This document shows, piece by piece, positions 23,495-36,338 of a stretch of DNA of 64,000 bases. This DNA comes from Toensbergia leucococca (Eukaryota). Every line of letters starts with the position of its first letter. Within the stretch, counting starts at the first letter, position 1. The notes under the pieces are model-generated. The model ran no database searches, was not told where the DNA came from, and saw only the letters and a list, made by a program, of their open reading frames with translations. A program made the translations under genes and the position numbers. Where the stretch lies: NCBI GenBank assembly GCA_022813965.1, contig JALDZS010000011.1:124001-188000 (forward strand). Direction: 5' to 3'.

Positions 23495-25776
23495 ATGAGT
23501 AAAGAACTGCCACAGTCGTATCACTCTTCCATTGCTGGCCTTCCACCATCCATCCATGACCTACAGCAGACCTCACTAAGTAAACATCCTGATGTCGAAG
23601 AGCATGAGGCGTCGACTGAATTGGCCGAGGCTTCGGATGAGGGGAGTATCGATAAAATGCGGGGCCTTACGAACAGGGAGACATTGCGAGGTTTCAGGCA
23701 GAAAACGAAAGCCAAGACGAAGCAGTTGCTTAGTCTCGGTGACGCGCGCTCAGTCCAAGAACGAGCTGGGCTCGACGACGATGAAATACTCGCAAACATC
23801 GACGACGATCCTGCATTTAATCCGGGTAAACTCGTTAAGAAAAAGCGGTTGAATGGAGCCGTAACAAGGGACAAGACCATTGGAGCTTTGCAATCTCTAG
23901 CGACTACCGTTATCCATCCTAAAAAGTCTATCAAGGCCAAAGTTACGAGGACTACAGCTGGGAAGCTGTCGCAAACTGAACGACCCTATCTCTCACAGAG
24001 AGCTGATCTTGAGTTCCTCGAAGCACACGACAATCTTTCCCGAGCAGAGTCTTCTATGTCATCGAGGATTGGAACATCTGATGACGGGCAAGACACCTGG
24101 ACCGATGATTGTCGAGACAGGGTCAAGGAGTTGGAGGCTCACCGGGCGAGCCTACTGGTAGCGTGGACAACAAGCAGACACATTGCTCGGATCCGTGTAG
24201 TGCCAAAGCGGCATATTCAATTTCCAGAGAACCAGGACTTCATTGAGAAAGACAGCGAGGGAAACTTCAAACGATATCAATGGGAACGATGGCTAGGCTA
24301 TGTATGACTACTTTCTGTGAACGCGAACAACGCTGGAAACTGATATCTCCTATTGTAGACACTCATATACTATACTCAAGACTTCAGTACTCAATATATA
24401 GACGACTTTGATGAGCTTCCTTTCGATATTGATAGTCTAAGACACCACGTAGAACGGCTTGTGATGGCTAGTGCACCATGGCAAGCATGGGCAATGGATG
24501 TTCGCTCCATTTACCGGTGGGAACAACCTCTGAAGACTGGCAAGTGGCTCGCAATCTATGTTGTTCTCTGGTATACCGAGCATATCGTGGGCTTCCTCGT
24601 AAGTATTTGGACTCCAAACAAGGTCAAGTATGTACGAGTATGTTGACACAACGGCTAGTGGGGTTACATTATTTGGTTTGTGGCTAAAAATCGCTACTTT
24701 CCCACAACAGTCGAGTCTCTTCGAGAATCTACAAAGAGGGCCCTTGATCGAGAGGGTACTGCTTTCAAATTCGGGGAACTCATCGATAAACATGGTCGTG
24801 ACAACTGGCTTGAGCCGTTGGTCGACGAATTAGGACCCTATGTGCAGCTTCAACTGGGCGATATGGCGAATATGCTTGAAGTATTTGCTAAGTTAGTCGA
24901 AGCATGCCCATCATTTTTTGCGTATCTGATCACTGCTACAGCTTCTATGCTTGGAAATCTCCGCGGAAAACTGCTAGTACGTTATGCTTCTTTGTGGTAT
25001 GTTTGCTCGTATCGATCTTTGCCGATATGGGGTTTTGTATAAAAATTACATTATTTATTGCTGGTGGAGCTTTCTTCTTGTGTTGGCCAATCGCGAGTTT
25101 ATACCCCAGATATCGTTATCTTGTCTCTCCATTCAAATGGATCCTATGGGATATCCCTACTAATGGTATGTTCTCCGTATCCGAGACTTTGGGAATAAGT
25201 GATCAACATTTTATAGCTGAGTGGTCGTTCCAGTACCTGCGACGTCAGGCTCAAATTAGCCGGGAGCAGATGATAGAGCGGAAGGTCGAAGAAAAGTACA
25301 ATGGCGTTACTGCCGAAAATGCTACTAATCAGTACATGGGCCAAATGGCAGCACTACCTAGAATCGCCTTGGAAGGAAATGACGCAGAAGATGACGACGG
25401 CGAAGAGGACTGGCACAGCGTCAATTCGTCGCATAGTATTCTTGAAACGAATGATATACGGGCATTCCGAGCGCAATGGCATGGTGTGGTCGGTCGACTT
25501 ATCGTCTATTCAAATGGAATCCGGTTCGTGCGTAGTCTGCTAAAGAAGGAGATGTGGAGAATATCATTCCTTGAGTTGGCAGAAATGAGAAAATTGAGCG
25601 TATCTTCGATGCCAAGGTTTGCGAAGATGATGTCAGAACAACTGGAGATCAAATGTATCGACGAAAGCATACTGCGGCTCGAGATGAAACAAGGTCGGGA
25701 CGAGGCGTTCAATATTATCATTGGGTTCTCTGGACTCCAGTGGCAGTCATTGCAGACGCTTGCGGAGAAGAAGTAG
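23495..25776 (+). CDS. Conserved fungal membrane protein with hydrophobic hairpins and a C-terminal GRAM/PH-like region
   Basis: Five exons with canonical introns give a continuous frame: ERLVMASAPWQAWAMDVRSIYRWEQP..WLAIYVVLWY, FYAWKSPRKT, hydrophobic segments, WILWDIPTNAEW, then FRAQWHGVVGRLIVYSNGIRF..RDEAFNIIIGFSGLQWQ. Confidence 0.75.
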
Positions 25777-26070
25777 CAGATAAGATGAGGATAATAATTT
25801 TAGGGATAATAACTCTAGGGATCATACAAGATTGAGAACTGAGGACCAACGAGACGTCATTCTAGGATCTGAGGATTTGAGGATGTCCCAAGCAGGCACC
25901 AGAAAGAATGAGACGGGTCGAGGCCAGGGGAAAAACTGACCGCCGATCGCTCAGTGATCTTCCACCAATCAATCGGCGGCTAAAATCCCCGTCTGATGGC
26001 AAAAACAGCGTGTCATTCAAGTCCATTGCGTACATGCAGTAGAATAGGTAGAGTACATCAGTGAAGTACT

Positions 26071-27142
26071 TATAATACATTCTTCAATAACTTTGACTAC
26101 CTCACAGGCTACGATCCCAGTGACTGTTTCGTACATTTTGTCACTCTATTACTCTGAAGACTCCAGACGCAGCTGACCACTGCAGCTATGTCGATCAACC
26201 TGGGTCCATTCAGATGAACTTGACCTTTGCTACAGTTACTTCAGCCGTCCTGCGTGTCGATACTTCCGAAACAGACGCGAGCACTGGCCGTGAGTCAGTC
26301 CGCATCGATTCCAAGACACAGTATAAAAACCGGCTCTTCATCTTCGATATCCTCCATACACCTTACGGATGCGGGCCAAGTTTCGCACCACGTCTAGCCA
26401 ATGGTAATCTCGGTACTAACATTGCCGTTTCCTTGAGTTAGACAATGGCCTGCTCCGTGGCTGACAGATCCTGCTAATTGGCCGTAAAAAAAATGGCGAG
26501 ATCGAACGTTTTAGAAGCCGTTAATATTGCCCACGACCGGAAAATCAGATGACTTTGAATTCTATAAAAATTACCTGCAGGACGGATGCTAAGAGAATAG
26601 AAAATTGGCAAGGTCTTGGAAAAAGAAATTGCTGTAATGAAACGGATGACAATGCAAGAGGTGGTATTAAATGCGAAGACGCCACCTTTGGACAGGGCAC
26701 TAAATGATCTCGGTGGTGGTGTACATTAGATTCTTTGCATATACATTCCATGGATCCTCGCCCCGTGTCTCAAGTGCACGCAATGGAATGGAGAAAGTCA
26801 AGGCATAGGAGTCCGATTCTTCCCCAGCGCCTGCCTCAATCCCAGCAGACATCACCAACGGAACTTCCCCCTAGACCTTTCCTCCTGGGACACACCGCTC
26901 TTGCCGATTCTCCCTCAAACCGAACTGCTCCATTTACTGACCATTTCCGCAACCCAGAGCATCATAATGAACGTTGACCTTTTGAAGGGAGTAGGCCGGG
27001 CTGCAGAAATCTATTACTCCCAACAGGATGATGATGTGTGTCCCGGAACATGCAGTGATTTTTGTGGCCACAAACGCGATTGCTTTTCGACAACGCTTAT
27101 TGGGAGTCTGGCCAGCTTCAAGGTATGTATCAAGCGCAATGA
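26071..27142 (+). pseudogene. GH16 endo-1,3(4)-beta-glucanase (Lam16A-type) pseudogene
   Basis: Fragments in changing frames: FFNNFDYLTGYDP..FVH, TGRESVRIDSK..LFIFDILHTPYGC, WPAPWLTDPANWP*, GEI[D]VLE broken by a +1 insertion (about 26496-26517), NQMTL, GGG..AMEWR, DHFRN..QSIIMNVDL, CPGTCSDF and ASFKV. Multiple stops and indels; the first donor reads TT instead of GT (26136). Confidence 0.88.
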
Positions 27143-27692
27143 GACCGAGAGGAACGGCAGATGTTGTGTCATACATGGTGATCAAAGATCCTCAGAGCCG
27201 AGAAGCAAATCGGGGAGCATGGCTGGCTGCAAATATGGTTCGACGAGGCGATTTATAATCAGCCTAGCTTATATGATTGGGATATATATTCATTGGCGTT
27301 CAAAAGCTCTATGCATGGAGTCCTAGCACGGATGCTGTCTAAAGGCAATCCTGATACACGGGGTGACGTATTGAGCGGGCTGGTAAGAGGAAGCGTAGGT
27401 AGGTAGTTGAAGCGAGCGACATCAACGCGTTGGTATTCTATTGTTGTCAAACAGTCATGGGCATACCGGGTATAAATTACACACATAGGACTGGCCCATG
27501 TTCCAAATCTTAACGCCTTGATCAAGGTGAAGACCACGTCTCGAGCTAAATCCCTGTTGAAAACCCCCTGAGTCGCTGCGGCAGTCCAACACCAAGCCTC
27601 CGCATCCAAGTTCGTCCACCCAAGAAGAATCTCTGCAAGCAATCATTATGCCATGGTGCCTAACCGTCCTTGTCAGAAAGCCCCGCAACCTA

Positions 27693-29429
27693 TCAGCCCA
27701 TCCAGGCTTCCCCTTTACTGTGTCTTCTATTCCCTCCTCCTGCCGTCCCTGGCCTGGCCTCATCAGTCGGCACTGCGAGAAAGCCACCGAACCCATTTCC
27801 CACTAACACGCTCTCCCTGCTCGGCCCACCCCACGCTGGACCGAGTTGCGCGTTCTGATACTCACTTATCGGTCTGGTAACAGAAGCGCTCGCCCGACGA
27901 TTTTGAGAGGTGGGCGGTGTGATAAGGGTATAATTCCACTCGATATCGGGATCCGACTTTGTGTAGACGTTGAGGGGTCGGGAAAGGTGTGGGTAGGAAG
28001 GGGGTTTAGAAGAGGAGAAGGGCTGATGGAACGTGTTGTACTCTGCGTTGGCGAAGGGGGCTATAGGGGGAGGAATCAAAAGCGAAGGGAGAGCTGGAGA
28101 GAGTGCATAGACGGAGCTGAGAGAAGGGAGATTGCGAGCTAGAAGAGAGGCTGAGAGATACGTATAATAGGTCTCGGAAGGAAGTTGAAGCACATGGGGT
28201 GCCGTGGTGGAGCTGAGGATCTCGTAGTGGAGGACTTGGAGGGAGCGAGACTTGAGCAGTGGGATAGGTGATGGGGGAAAAGAGTGAGACACCGTCTCAG
28301 AAATGCGGACAAACTTCAGATGTGGCGCTGTGGCAAGGACTTCATGAAGGGTAGAAGGAAGAACACCGGTATTGACCAGGCTAAGGGATGTGAGAATCCC
28401 ACATGCCTCGGGCCGAGAGAGGTAGACCTTTATCCCGTCCACAGTAACGTTGCGTATGTTTTCGAGAGACAGGCTGACTAGAGCCGGAAAAGGTGGTAAA
28501 GAAGGATTCGGCCTGAAGGCATTGTCGTCGATCAAAGAAAGACCAAGTAGCTCGGCTCGATGTAGAGCGGGGAAGTTTGCAAATACAAATCGAAGTGTAT
28601 TGGGGTCGACTTCGAGAAGTGACAGCTCGATGTCCTCTAAATTTTGCCATAGTCTAGATTGAGCCAATCTTGCAAAGCTCCTCTCCGCCCCTTTCCGATA
28701 CTTCATCTTTCGTATGTCTGGACATCGAGACTGTAATTCTCGCTTCAATGTATGGCAAGAAGGGTCGTCATCGTATAGACCTTCCGGTAGATCCACAAAC
28801 CGAAGATTTGGTAGGACGGAGACAATACGGGCGAGGTCCACCTTACACTCCTCCCTTGCCATGTATGGGATCTTGAGGTACTGGACCCGGACCGCCAGAA
28901 CCTCATTCTCTCTGACTGTCCTAGAAAGCAGTTGTAGACGCACAACAGGCGTGTTCTCAGGGGTTCCGTTGCGGTCAAAAAAGGACTTCCGTTTGCGTTT
29001 GGCGGAAAGGTAGATTTCAAGCTCGCAGTAATGAACGGTATCAATGCGGACGCTATGATATCTTGAGAACTTGATGATCAGCTACACGTTCTTCTGTAAG
29101 ACAACAAGAAAGTAGGAAACTGACAACAGGGTCTGTGCAACCTGCGCCCATCTCCGGCTCACGAGGGCGCAATGGGCCAAGTCCCGCATGTCACATAGCA
29201 TACACGCTCCATCAGTCCCAGAGTGCTCACAAGCGCTATACGCCTCATCACGTGTGTGTGGGCAGACTTGGACTAGAATGGCTTCTATGAGCTTTAAGGG
29301 TAGCTTTGAGGCTGGGCTGGGACTGGGCCGTCCATACGGCGGAGGGGTTGGTGGGGCATAATCGTAGACGTGAGCTTCGGCGCCATTCTTCAGTCTTGAC
29401 TTGGAGCGGATGTGACTTAGAATCTTCAT
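27693..29429 (-). CDS. F-box protein with an LRR-like C-terminal region
   Basis: KLPLKLIEAILVQVCPH..CMLCDMRDLAHCALVSRRWAQVAQTLL|YHSVRIDTVHYCELE, then LRR-like repeats such as LPNLRFVDLPEG. Intron 29124-29062. Confidence 0.85.
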
Positions 29430-30795
29430 CACGCTGGGTTGGCTAGAGCTAGTGGAGTGAAGGAGGTGGTGGCAGAGGTCTGGATCTTGGCTCTTGCGAG
29501 AGCAACAAAGGGATTGGATTTGGAGACGTCTTGGTGAGTTCCAAATCCGTCAGTGGGCAGTCCGACAAAATAACAGCTAAGGCATCAGGGATCCTCTAGT
29601 CCATGTATTTTTCGAGCTTGCTGAAGTGTTTACTCGTAGTCTCTGTACGGACAGCGAATCAACGATAAGGTAGTACAGGAATGGGAGTTCCTTCGCTGGT
29701 CATGATTAAGGTAGAAGGGATTCCTCTTTGTGTTTCAGCATTCGCGCCCCAATCATGCTCATCGCGTCTGACACATGGAATGAGAGTCATGGCACTGAAT
29801 GGAGAATTGATCCATGACCATGGTGCAAGATTATGCATGAAATATTCTGATGCGTACGAGTAGGTACCGCAGCATGCACTCTACTCCTGTCGGCGCATCG
29901 CTGTTAGGGCAAGACCCTTCCCTTGTGATGAACTGCAAAGGGCACAAGCTGACAAGTCCGAGTACTCCTCAAGTAGATTGACCCATCAGTCCCACCATGA
30001 TGGCTCAAGAATTGTATTGCCAGGTGGCCTTCTGGAAAGGAGACGACCAAGCTACAATGGCTTGGACTTGTGTTACACTTCAAAGGGTCTACAAATTGGT
30101 AACACCACCTCCATCGCTGTTGTGACCGGCTGTGCTCTCGTTCATCAAGCACCTTAGTTTCCACATATACAAGTCGGCCGACATGGCTAGTGCGCGGGAG
30201 AGATGCAGAGATGCAGCTCCAGTGGGCGATGATGTAATTTTCATAGAATATAGACGGCTGACTTGGAATATGTCCACCGCTTACATCGGATCGCGAATAC
30301 AAGGTACATGATACATGGCAATCAACAAACCCCTGAACTCAAAGAGCTCTCCTCCACCGCCCACATTGAAGTCCATCTTTTGATAATCCATTGTTGATTC
30401 CCAAGATACCTCTACCAGCTGCTCCTTGACGAGGCCGAGGCCGAAACAACCGCCGTTTGTTTCCCCTGCATCCTAGTTAGTCGAAATTTTGCTGGGTAGG
30501 AAACCCTACATAAAGTAATTTCCATGTAATCTCACGGCTCACCACCCACGACAAGTCATCGCAGTTCCCAATTCTTTCCGCTCCTTTCGCACTGTCCCTA
30601 AGTACCTACCTAGTCTTGCCACACCCAACGTCGCGCTAGAGTCCGGCCTCGTTTCCTACCTGCCTACCCGCTGTACCCATTGTCTGCAATCAACACAGAA
30701 AATCCGACACCCCTTTGACCGCATCCCCGAGAGGAAACCTTGAGCCTCCCCTTGCTGCCCGTCCTTCTCTGCCTCACGCTCGAGGACTGATCGGA

Positions 30796-32928
30796 ATGGC
30801 AAGCACTCAAGGGCAAAAGCCGCACCTCGATCGTTATGTGGTCATCCACGTTGCTACGACTTGTGACGAGCATGGTGTATACGTGACAAAGGACTCGGCC
30901 GAGGTCATAGAGCTGGGCTGGATCTTGTTAGATGCCAAGAGCTGTGAAGAAGTAACTCATGCCCAAAACGTCAGTCTCGTGCACAATGCTCACGCGCCAC
31001 TTTCTAGATTCACCGAGAGAGCGTCCTTGTCAAACCCGTCAACACTCCCATTACTCCCCTATGTAGTAAGTATCATCTCTAACCAGCATTTCTATACCTA
31101 AAACCCATCACTAATCCACTGCGTAGCGAGTCTCACAACCTTAACTTGGGAGCATGTCCGTACCGCTGGCTCATTCCGCGATGCTATCAACCGCTTTGAT
31201 AGCTTTGCTCAAGAGCATCTGCTGCCTAATAATACAGAGTTCTCCTTCGTTACCCTTGATTCTTGGGATCTTCGTGTCCAGCTTCCTCGTGAAGCACGCG
31301 ACAAGGCTGTTGTGCTTCCACCGTACCTGCAACATTCTCGTACCTTTGACCTCCGTACCGAGTATCAGCGATGGCAACAACATCATCCAGAGTCTTTGCC
31401 CTTTGGCCCAAGTTCCTTAGCCAACATTTGCGCGGCCCTCGAAGTTGAACCCATCCAATCGTCTGCTCCCATTAAGCACAATTTGCCTTTTCACCTGCAG
31501 GCATTAGCCCCAGCTTCACCGCGACGTGCTATGGAAGAGGCCATCACACTAGCAAGAGTTTTACGTGGTCTCATTCGAAAATCGCAGCCTTCGCATGAAC
31601 ATCCTGATGTCTTGTCTCGGCCAATGGATGCCAGAGCAGACGTTCGTGCCTTCCTGTCAGAGCGAAGCAAGGTGCTTCATATGAGTGGCCTACCTCATGA
31701 CACAACGCAGTCTGAGCTCGAAAGCTGGTTCACTCAATTTGGAGGTCGTCCAATCGCCTTCTGGACCTTGCGTACTCCAGATCAGCATAAGCCTACCGGT
31801 TCTGGCTTTGCTGTATTCTCTTCGCATGAAGAGGTTAGTTCTATTCCTATGATCTTGTATACTCCTTGTAGAGGATTTTCTTCTTTGAAAAGTGTGGTTT
31901 CTTTTCTGCAATTTTTCGTAAAAACGAAAAGCAAGCAATGGATCAAGGACAGGATATTTACGCTAATCTGTTCTTAGGCAGCCGAGAGTCTTTGTATGAA
32001 CGGACGTGCTTTGAATGAAAAAGCCATTGAAGTATCTCCCTCCTCAAGCCGGGTCCTCGATCGCGCTGCTGAAATTCTGACCCCATTTCCTCCCAGCAAG
32101 AATCGTCCTCGACCTGGAGACTGGACGTGTCCTTCGTGTGGCTTCTCTAACTTTCAACGCCGTACAGCTTGTTTCCGTTGCTCGTATCCTGCCGTTTCTG
32201 CGGCGCCAGGTGGAGATCCAATGGGCTACTCCAGCTATGGGTACGGTGCACCCCACATGATGGCTCCACACCATCACATGGGTCATCACGGCGGGCATGG
32301 AATGAGCCATTCTCGCGGGATGGGTGGGGGTGGTGGAATGGTGCCATTTCGAGCTGGAGACTGGAAATGCGGATCTGAAGGATGTGGGTATCACAATTTT
32401 GCTAAGAATGTCAGTTGTCTCCGTTGTGGTGCCAGCCGTGCCGGAGCTGCTGTTGTTGCGGACTCAGCATTTCCGTCCCCGCTTGATCCACCATCGGGGT
32501 ACGGTATGGGCCCTCCGTCCATGGCCGGTACGCCGGGTCCTGGCCCCTTTGCCGCTACTGCCAGTGGTTTCGGTTCTGGGGGCTTCGGAGGTCAACAATA
32601 TGGTGGTCCCCCTAGCACTTACGCCTTACCGTCTGGTCTCGGCACAGCGACCGGTGGGTATCCGCCAATGAATGCAGGTTATGGCCAAGTCGGCGGGGGT
32701 CATTCTGGAGGACCATTCGATAGCCGAGCCGCTGAGGCTGCCTTCACCTCTGCGGCCAACGGCCCCCCATCCGCTGGCGCATTGAACGGATCATCCTATG
32801 GTGGTACTTATGGCAATATGGAAGGATCTTCCGACCCCTTTGCGTTCCTTTCTGCTGGTCTCGGTGGTCTATCTATGAGTGACGATGCTCGGAGAAATGG
32901 CACAAATTCTAACAAGTCACCAGCCTGA
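30796..32928 (+). CDS. NRP1: Nrp1-type RNA-binding protein (exonuclease-like domain, RRM, two RanBP2-type zinc fingers)
   Basis: DRYVVIHVATTCDEHGVYVTKDSAEVIELGW; RRM SKVLHMSGLPHDTTQSELESWF..GSGFAVF; zinc fingers RPGDWTCPSCGFSNFQRRTACFRC and GDWKCGSEGCGYHNFAKNVSCLRC. Three introns. Confidence 0.9.
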
Positions 32929-33954
32929 CCACTTAGAGTATTGGGCTCTCTTATGTTGATAATTGCTGTACGGCTTGTGGGATCTTAGACTGCAAAATTG
33001 TGGGGAAAAGATGTGTTTTCTACAGAGCGGCGGAGTTGGTTGGTTCGGAGAAAGATACCTTAATGCGAATGCAATGAGTTCAGGATATGAAGAGGGTATA
33101 GATCTCTACTTCGTCAGCATAGCGGGATGGTAAAGTTGAGATGGTGTTGGTAGGGGAATTCAAAAGTGTGGTGGTGATTTAGAATGGCGGACCGCGATTT
33201 CATGCTCCTGTTCTTCTCGACACTTCTGACCTCTTCCTTTGCGCGCGAATGTCGATGCTTTCTTCCTTGGCGAGCTCTGTAATTGGGGAGATGTACGTTC
33301 TGAGCACATACCTAGGTTTCTTTGAAAAAAAAAATGGGGGGCTTTCGAAGGGGGGGGGCTCTGTTGGCTACTTGACGGTCCGGGTTTGGAAGAAACCATC
33401 TGAAGGGATCGAAGCTTTGTTGGCGTGGTGACAGAAGATAGGGCAGCGTGCTTCCTTGCGAGCGTTCGTGTTTACGACATAGCGTGTAACAACCTCAGAC
33501 TGCAAATTAAATAATCACAACCAAGATTCGCATGGCCCTGGCAACACCGGAGAGGATCCACTCTTCAAGTGAGATATCAGCTGCCCAGGCCCAAAGAGCT
33601 TCGTCAGGTGGGTGTAATGAAACCCTCTCCCTAAGTAAGACTGAGCCTCGCTCTCGTTGGAGTCAAAATATGGGACATGGCATGTCAGTGAGTCGCCATC
33701 GAGCCTTTGAGAAGGGGTTTCAAACTACTCCGACTAAGCACCAAAACATGTGGAAGCCTTTCCATACGCTGCTCCAAGGAATTTTGTGTGAATTCTCATA
33801 TGGTACGACTCTAATATCTATTTAGAAACAGCAGTGACTAGTATAAAGCGCCGACGTAAATGCTCAAAAACGAACGCCTCCATGGTCTAATGCAAACCCC
33901 AAGTCCCATGCATCCATTAAGCATTACTTCCAGCCCACGGCGCGCCCCAGAAGC

Positions 33955-35858
33955 TCACGCACAGCCTCTTTCCACATCCTTCTCCCCGATCCCATCCCCA
34001 ACCCCATCCTCCCGACTCTCCACTCGCTTCTCCGGGGGGCTCTCTTCCCGCTTCTCCTGCATCTCTCTCATGATCTCCTGCGCTTCCCGGGCAAACTTGC
34101 ACCGCTTCCGGATCGCCGGCCCGTACTTGAAAAACAAAAACGGAAACGGCACGCAGGCCAGAGCCAAAAAGGCGGGGATGCTGCTGGCCCAGTGGATGCC
34201 CAGAGCGTCGTACATGTATGTCGTGAAGAGGGGGAAGATGGCGCCGAAGAGGCTTCGGAGAACGCTGTTGGCGGCCAGGACGCTGGCGGCGTAGATGGTG
34301 TATGAGTCGATGAGGTAATTCATGATGCTTAGGAAGACGAGAACCATGCCGAAGCCAAAGGGGCTACTGCCAATGATGCAGACGATCCAGTGGACGCTGG
34401 GGTAGTTGGTCCATGCAAACCTAGTCGTGTGTGAGCCACACTGTATATCGAACGGAGATCATAGCAGAGTGCTTACCAGAACAATCCGACAGGAATGAAT
34501 ACACTGCCAATCATTGCCGGAGGAAGGCGAGCCTCGGGAGGAGCACCAAACTCTCCTTTGGCTTCGGCAGCAGCTACAGCACGCTTGTAGCGGTTGTTGT
34601 CCGGAATGGTGTAGATGACTGCGAGCATCATGCCAACCATGACGCCTAGGAATCCTAGGCCTCCGATGCCTTCTGACCAACCGCGCTTCTCCTGGAACAC
34701 GATCGGGAAGGCAGCAAACATCATGTACAACGTACCTAAGATATATTAGGGGCAAGTAATGATCTAACAATGAGAACAACTATGAGAGAGCACATGCTTA
34801 CCATAAATGATTGCCATGTAAACAGATAAGAGCAGGACAATCGGTTCTCTCAAGAGTAGTATCCACGGGCGAGACAGGGCTATTTTGAAGGCCCCGACGA
34901 TAGAAGGTTTACCCTTGCCAACTTCTAATTTAGACTGGTAGATCTTTCCCGTCACTTTGCTTAGAGCAGCCGCCCGTTTTCTCAAGAGGACGGGTGGGTA
35001 TGTTTCCGGGATAGTCAGAGCACCAATTATCCAAAGTATACCGCTGAATATCGCCATTAGGCCCTCAACCCATCGCCAGCCTTCAGACTCGGCGAGGAAA
35101 CCGCCGACGATTGGTCCCAGAGTTGGTCCCATGAAAGGGGCACTGGCGAACACCTAACGAAGAATTAGATTCCTCTGACTAGTAATCAACAACCCTTTGG
35201 CACACTTACCGACATGGCTAACCCACGCTGCGAGGCTGGAAACATATCTGCGATGACTCCACCTGCGTTGGTCAGGGGAGAGGAACCAAATGCGCCAGCG
35301 AAGAAACGTAGGACAAGGAGAGTCTGAATGTTTTGTGAACCGGCGGCGCCGGCATTGAAAACAGTGAGAGCGCCATAGGTAATAAAGAAGAGTAGTTGGC
35401 GTCCATATAGTTCTGAGAGCGGAGCCCTGTAAAGTGTCAGCAAGTTATAGCACTCATACTTACTGATGGTGGGACTACCATAAAAGTGGGCCTATTGCAA
35501 AGCCTAGGACGAAGAGAGAAATTCCGAGCGTGACTACTTCTTCGCTGGCTCCGAATTGCTCGATGATCTGTCTAACGCCGCCGCTGTAGGCGGATGAGAC
35601 GAAGGCAACGGCCAAGGTAGCGAAAGCGACTAGAAGAGTTATAGCCCATTTCTTGATCATGGAAAAGCCCATTGGGTCTCGGGGGTCATTAGGTATGAAA
35701 TCCACGACATAGGGATCTTCGGAGGTCCCCGAGCCAGCATAATGATGTCGAAGAACGGCGGGAGTAACAAGAGAGTGAGAGAACACTAGATTCAAATGGG
35801 AAGGACGAGAGGGGGTATCAGGTTCTTGAAGGGTATCGGACGAAGTATCACTAGCCAT
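33955..35858 (-). CDS. MFS multidrug/polyamine transporter, DHA1 family
   Basis: [79 protein letters not shown] and YLIDSY..YAAS. Five exons. Confidence 0.93.
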
Positions 35859-36338
35859 GCTGTTGCCAGTGTGGAGCGGGCAATACTGGACGCCAATGAA
35901 CTGGAATTGAAGATAATTTTAGGTATTGTACTGTAGGAAACAGCATTGGAAGATTGGGCAAGGCAAAGTATTATACGGGCAAGGTCAAAGAAAGATTGGG
36001 AAGCTTCTCGGCGACGGAAGAGCACTGATGCATCATGCATAACATAAATCTTTGTAATTCTCGGTCCAAAAAGGAGGAGAAAACCCGATTGTGACGTAAC
36101 TCCGGTAATTCGGCTTTTAGGGTTTTTTAACCTGCCTCCACTCTCCACCTCCTTGCCATTTGCCGAGCCCGCACACCCGGCAAGCATTTAAGCTCTGCGC
36201 CATCCCACAATCCCACACTCCCACATGGCTGCCGAGAAATATTCAATGAATTGTGCAAGACTGCATAACTCTTGGTGTTTCTTTCTCCTTTTCTTTTTCT
36301 TTTTCCTCGTACGAGTAGAGTAATAAGACAGTCGTTCA

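Noticed and set aside
29925..30010. Box C/D snoRNA candidate (GTGATGA..CTGA)
   Set aside because: There is no terminal D box at a suitable distance, no terminal stem and no evident rRNA guide.
30715..30795. Non-AUG (TTG) N-terminal extension of NRP1
   Set aside because: The frame is open, but recognisable family sequence begins only after ATG 30796 and nothing else supports it.
35428..35477. Stwintron (nested intron) in MFS intron 1: G|GTAGTC..CAG|TAAGT
   Set aside because: The internal intron would be only 16 nt with no branch point, and a single GT-AG intron already restores the frame.
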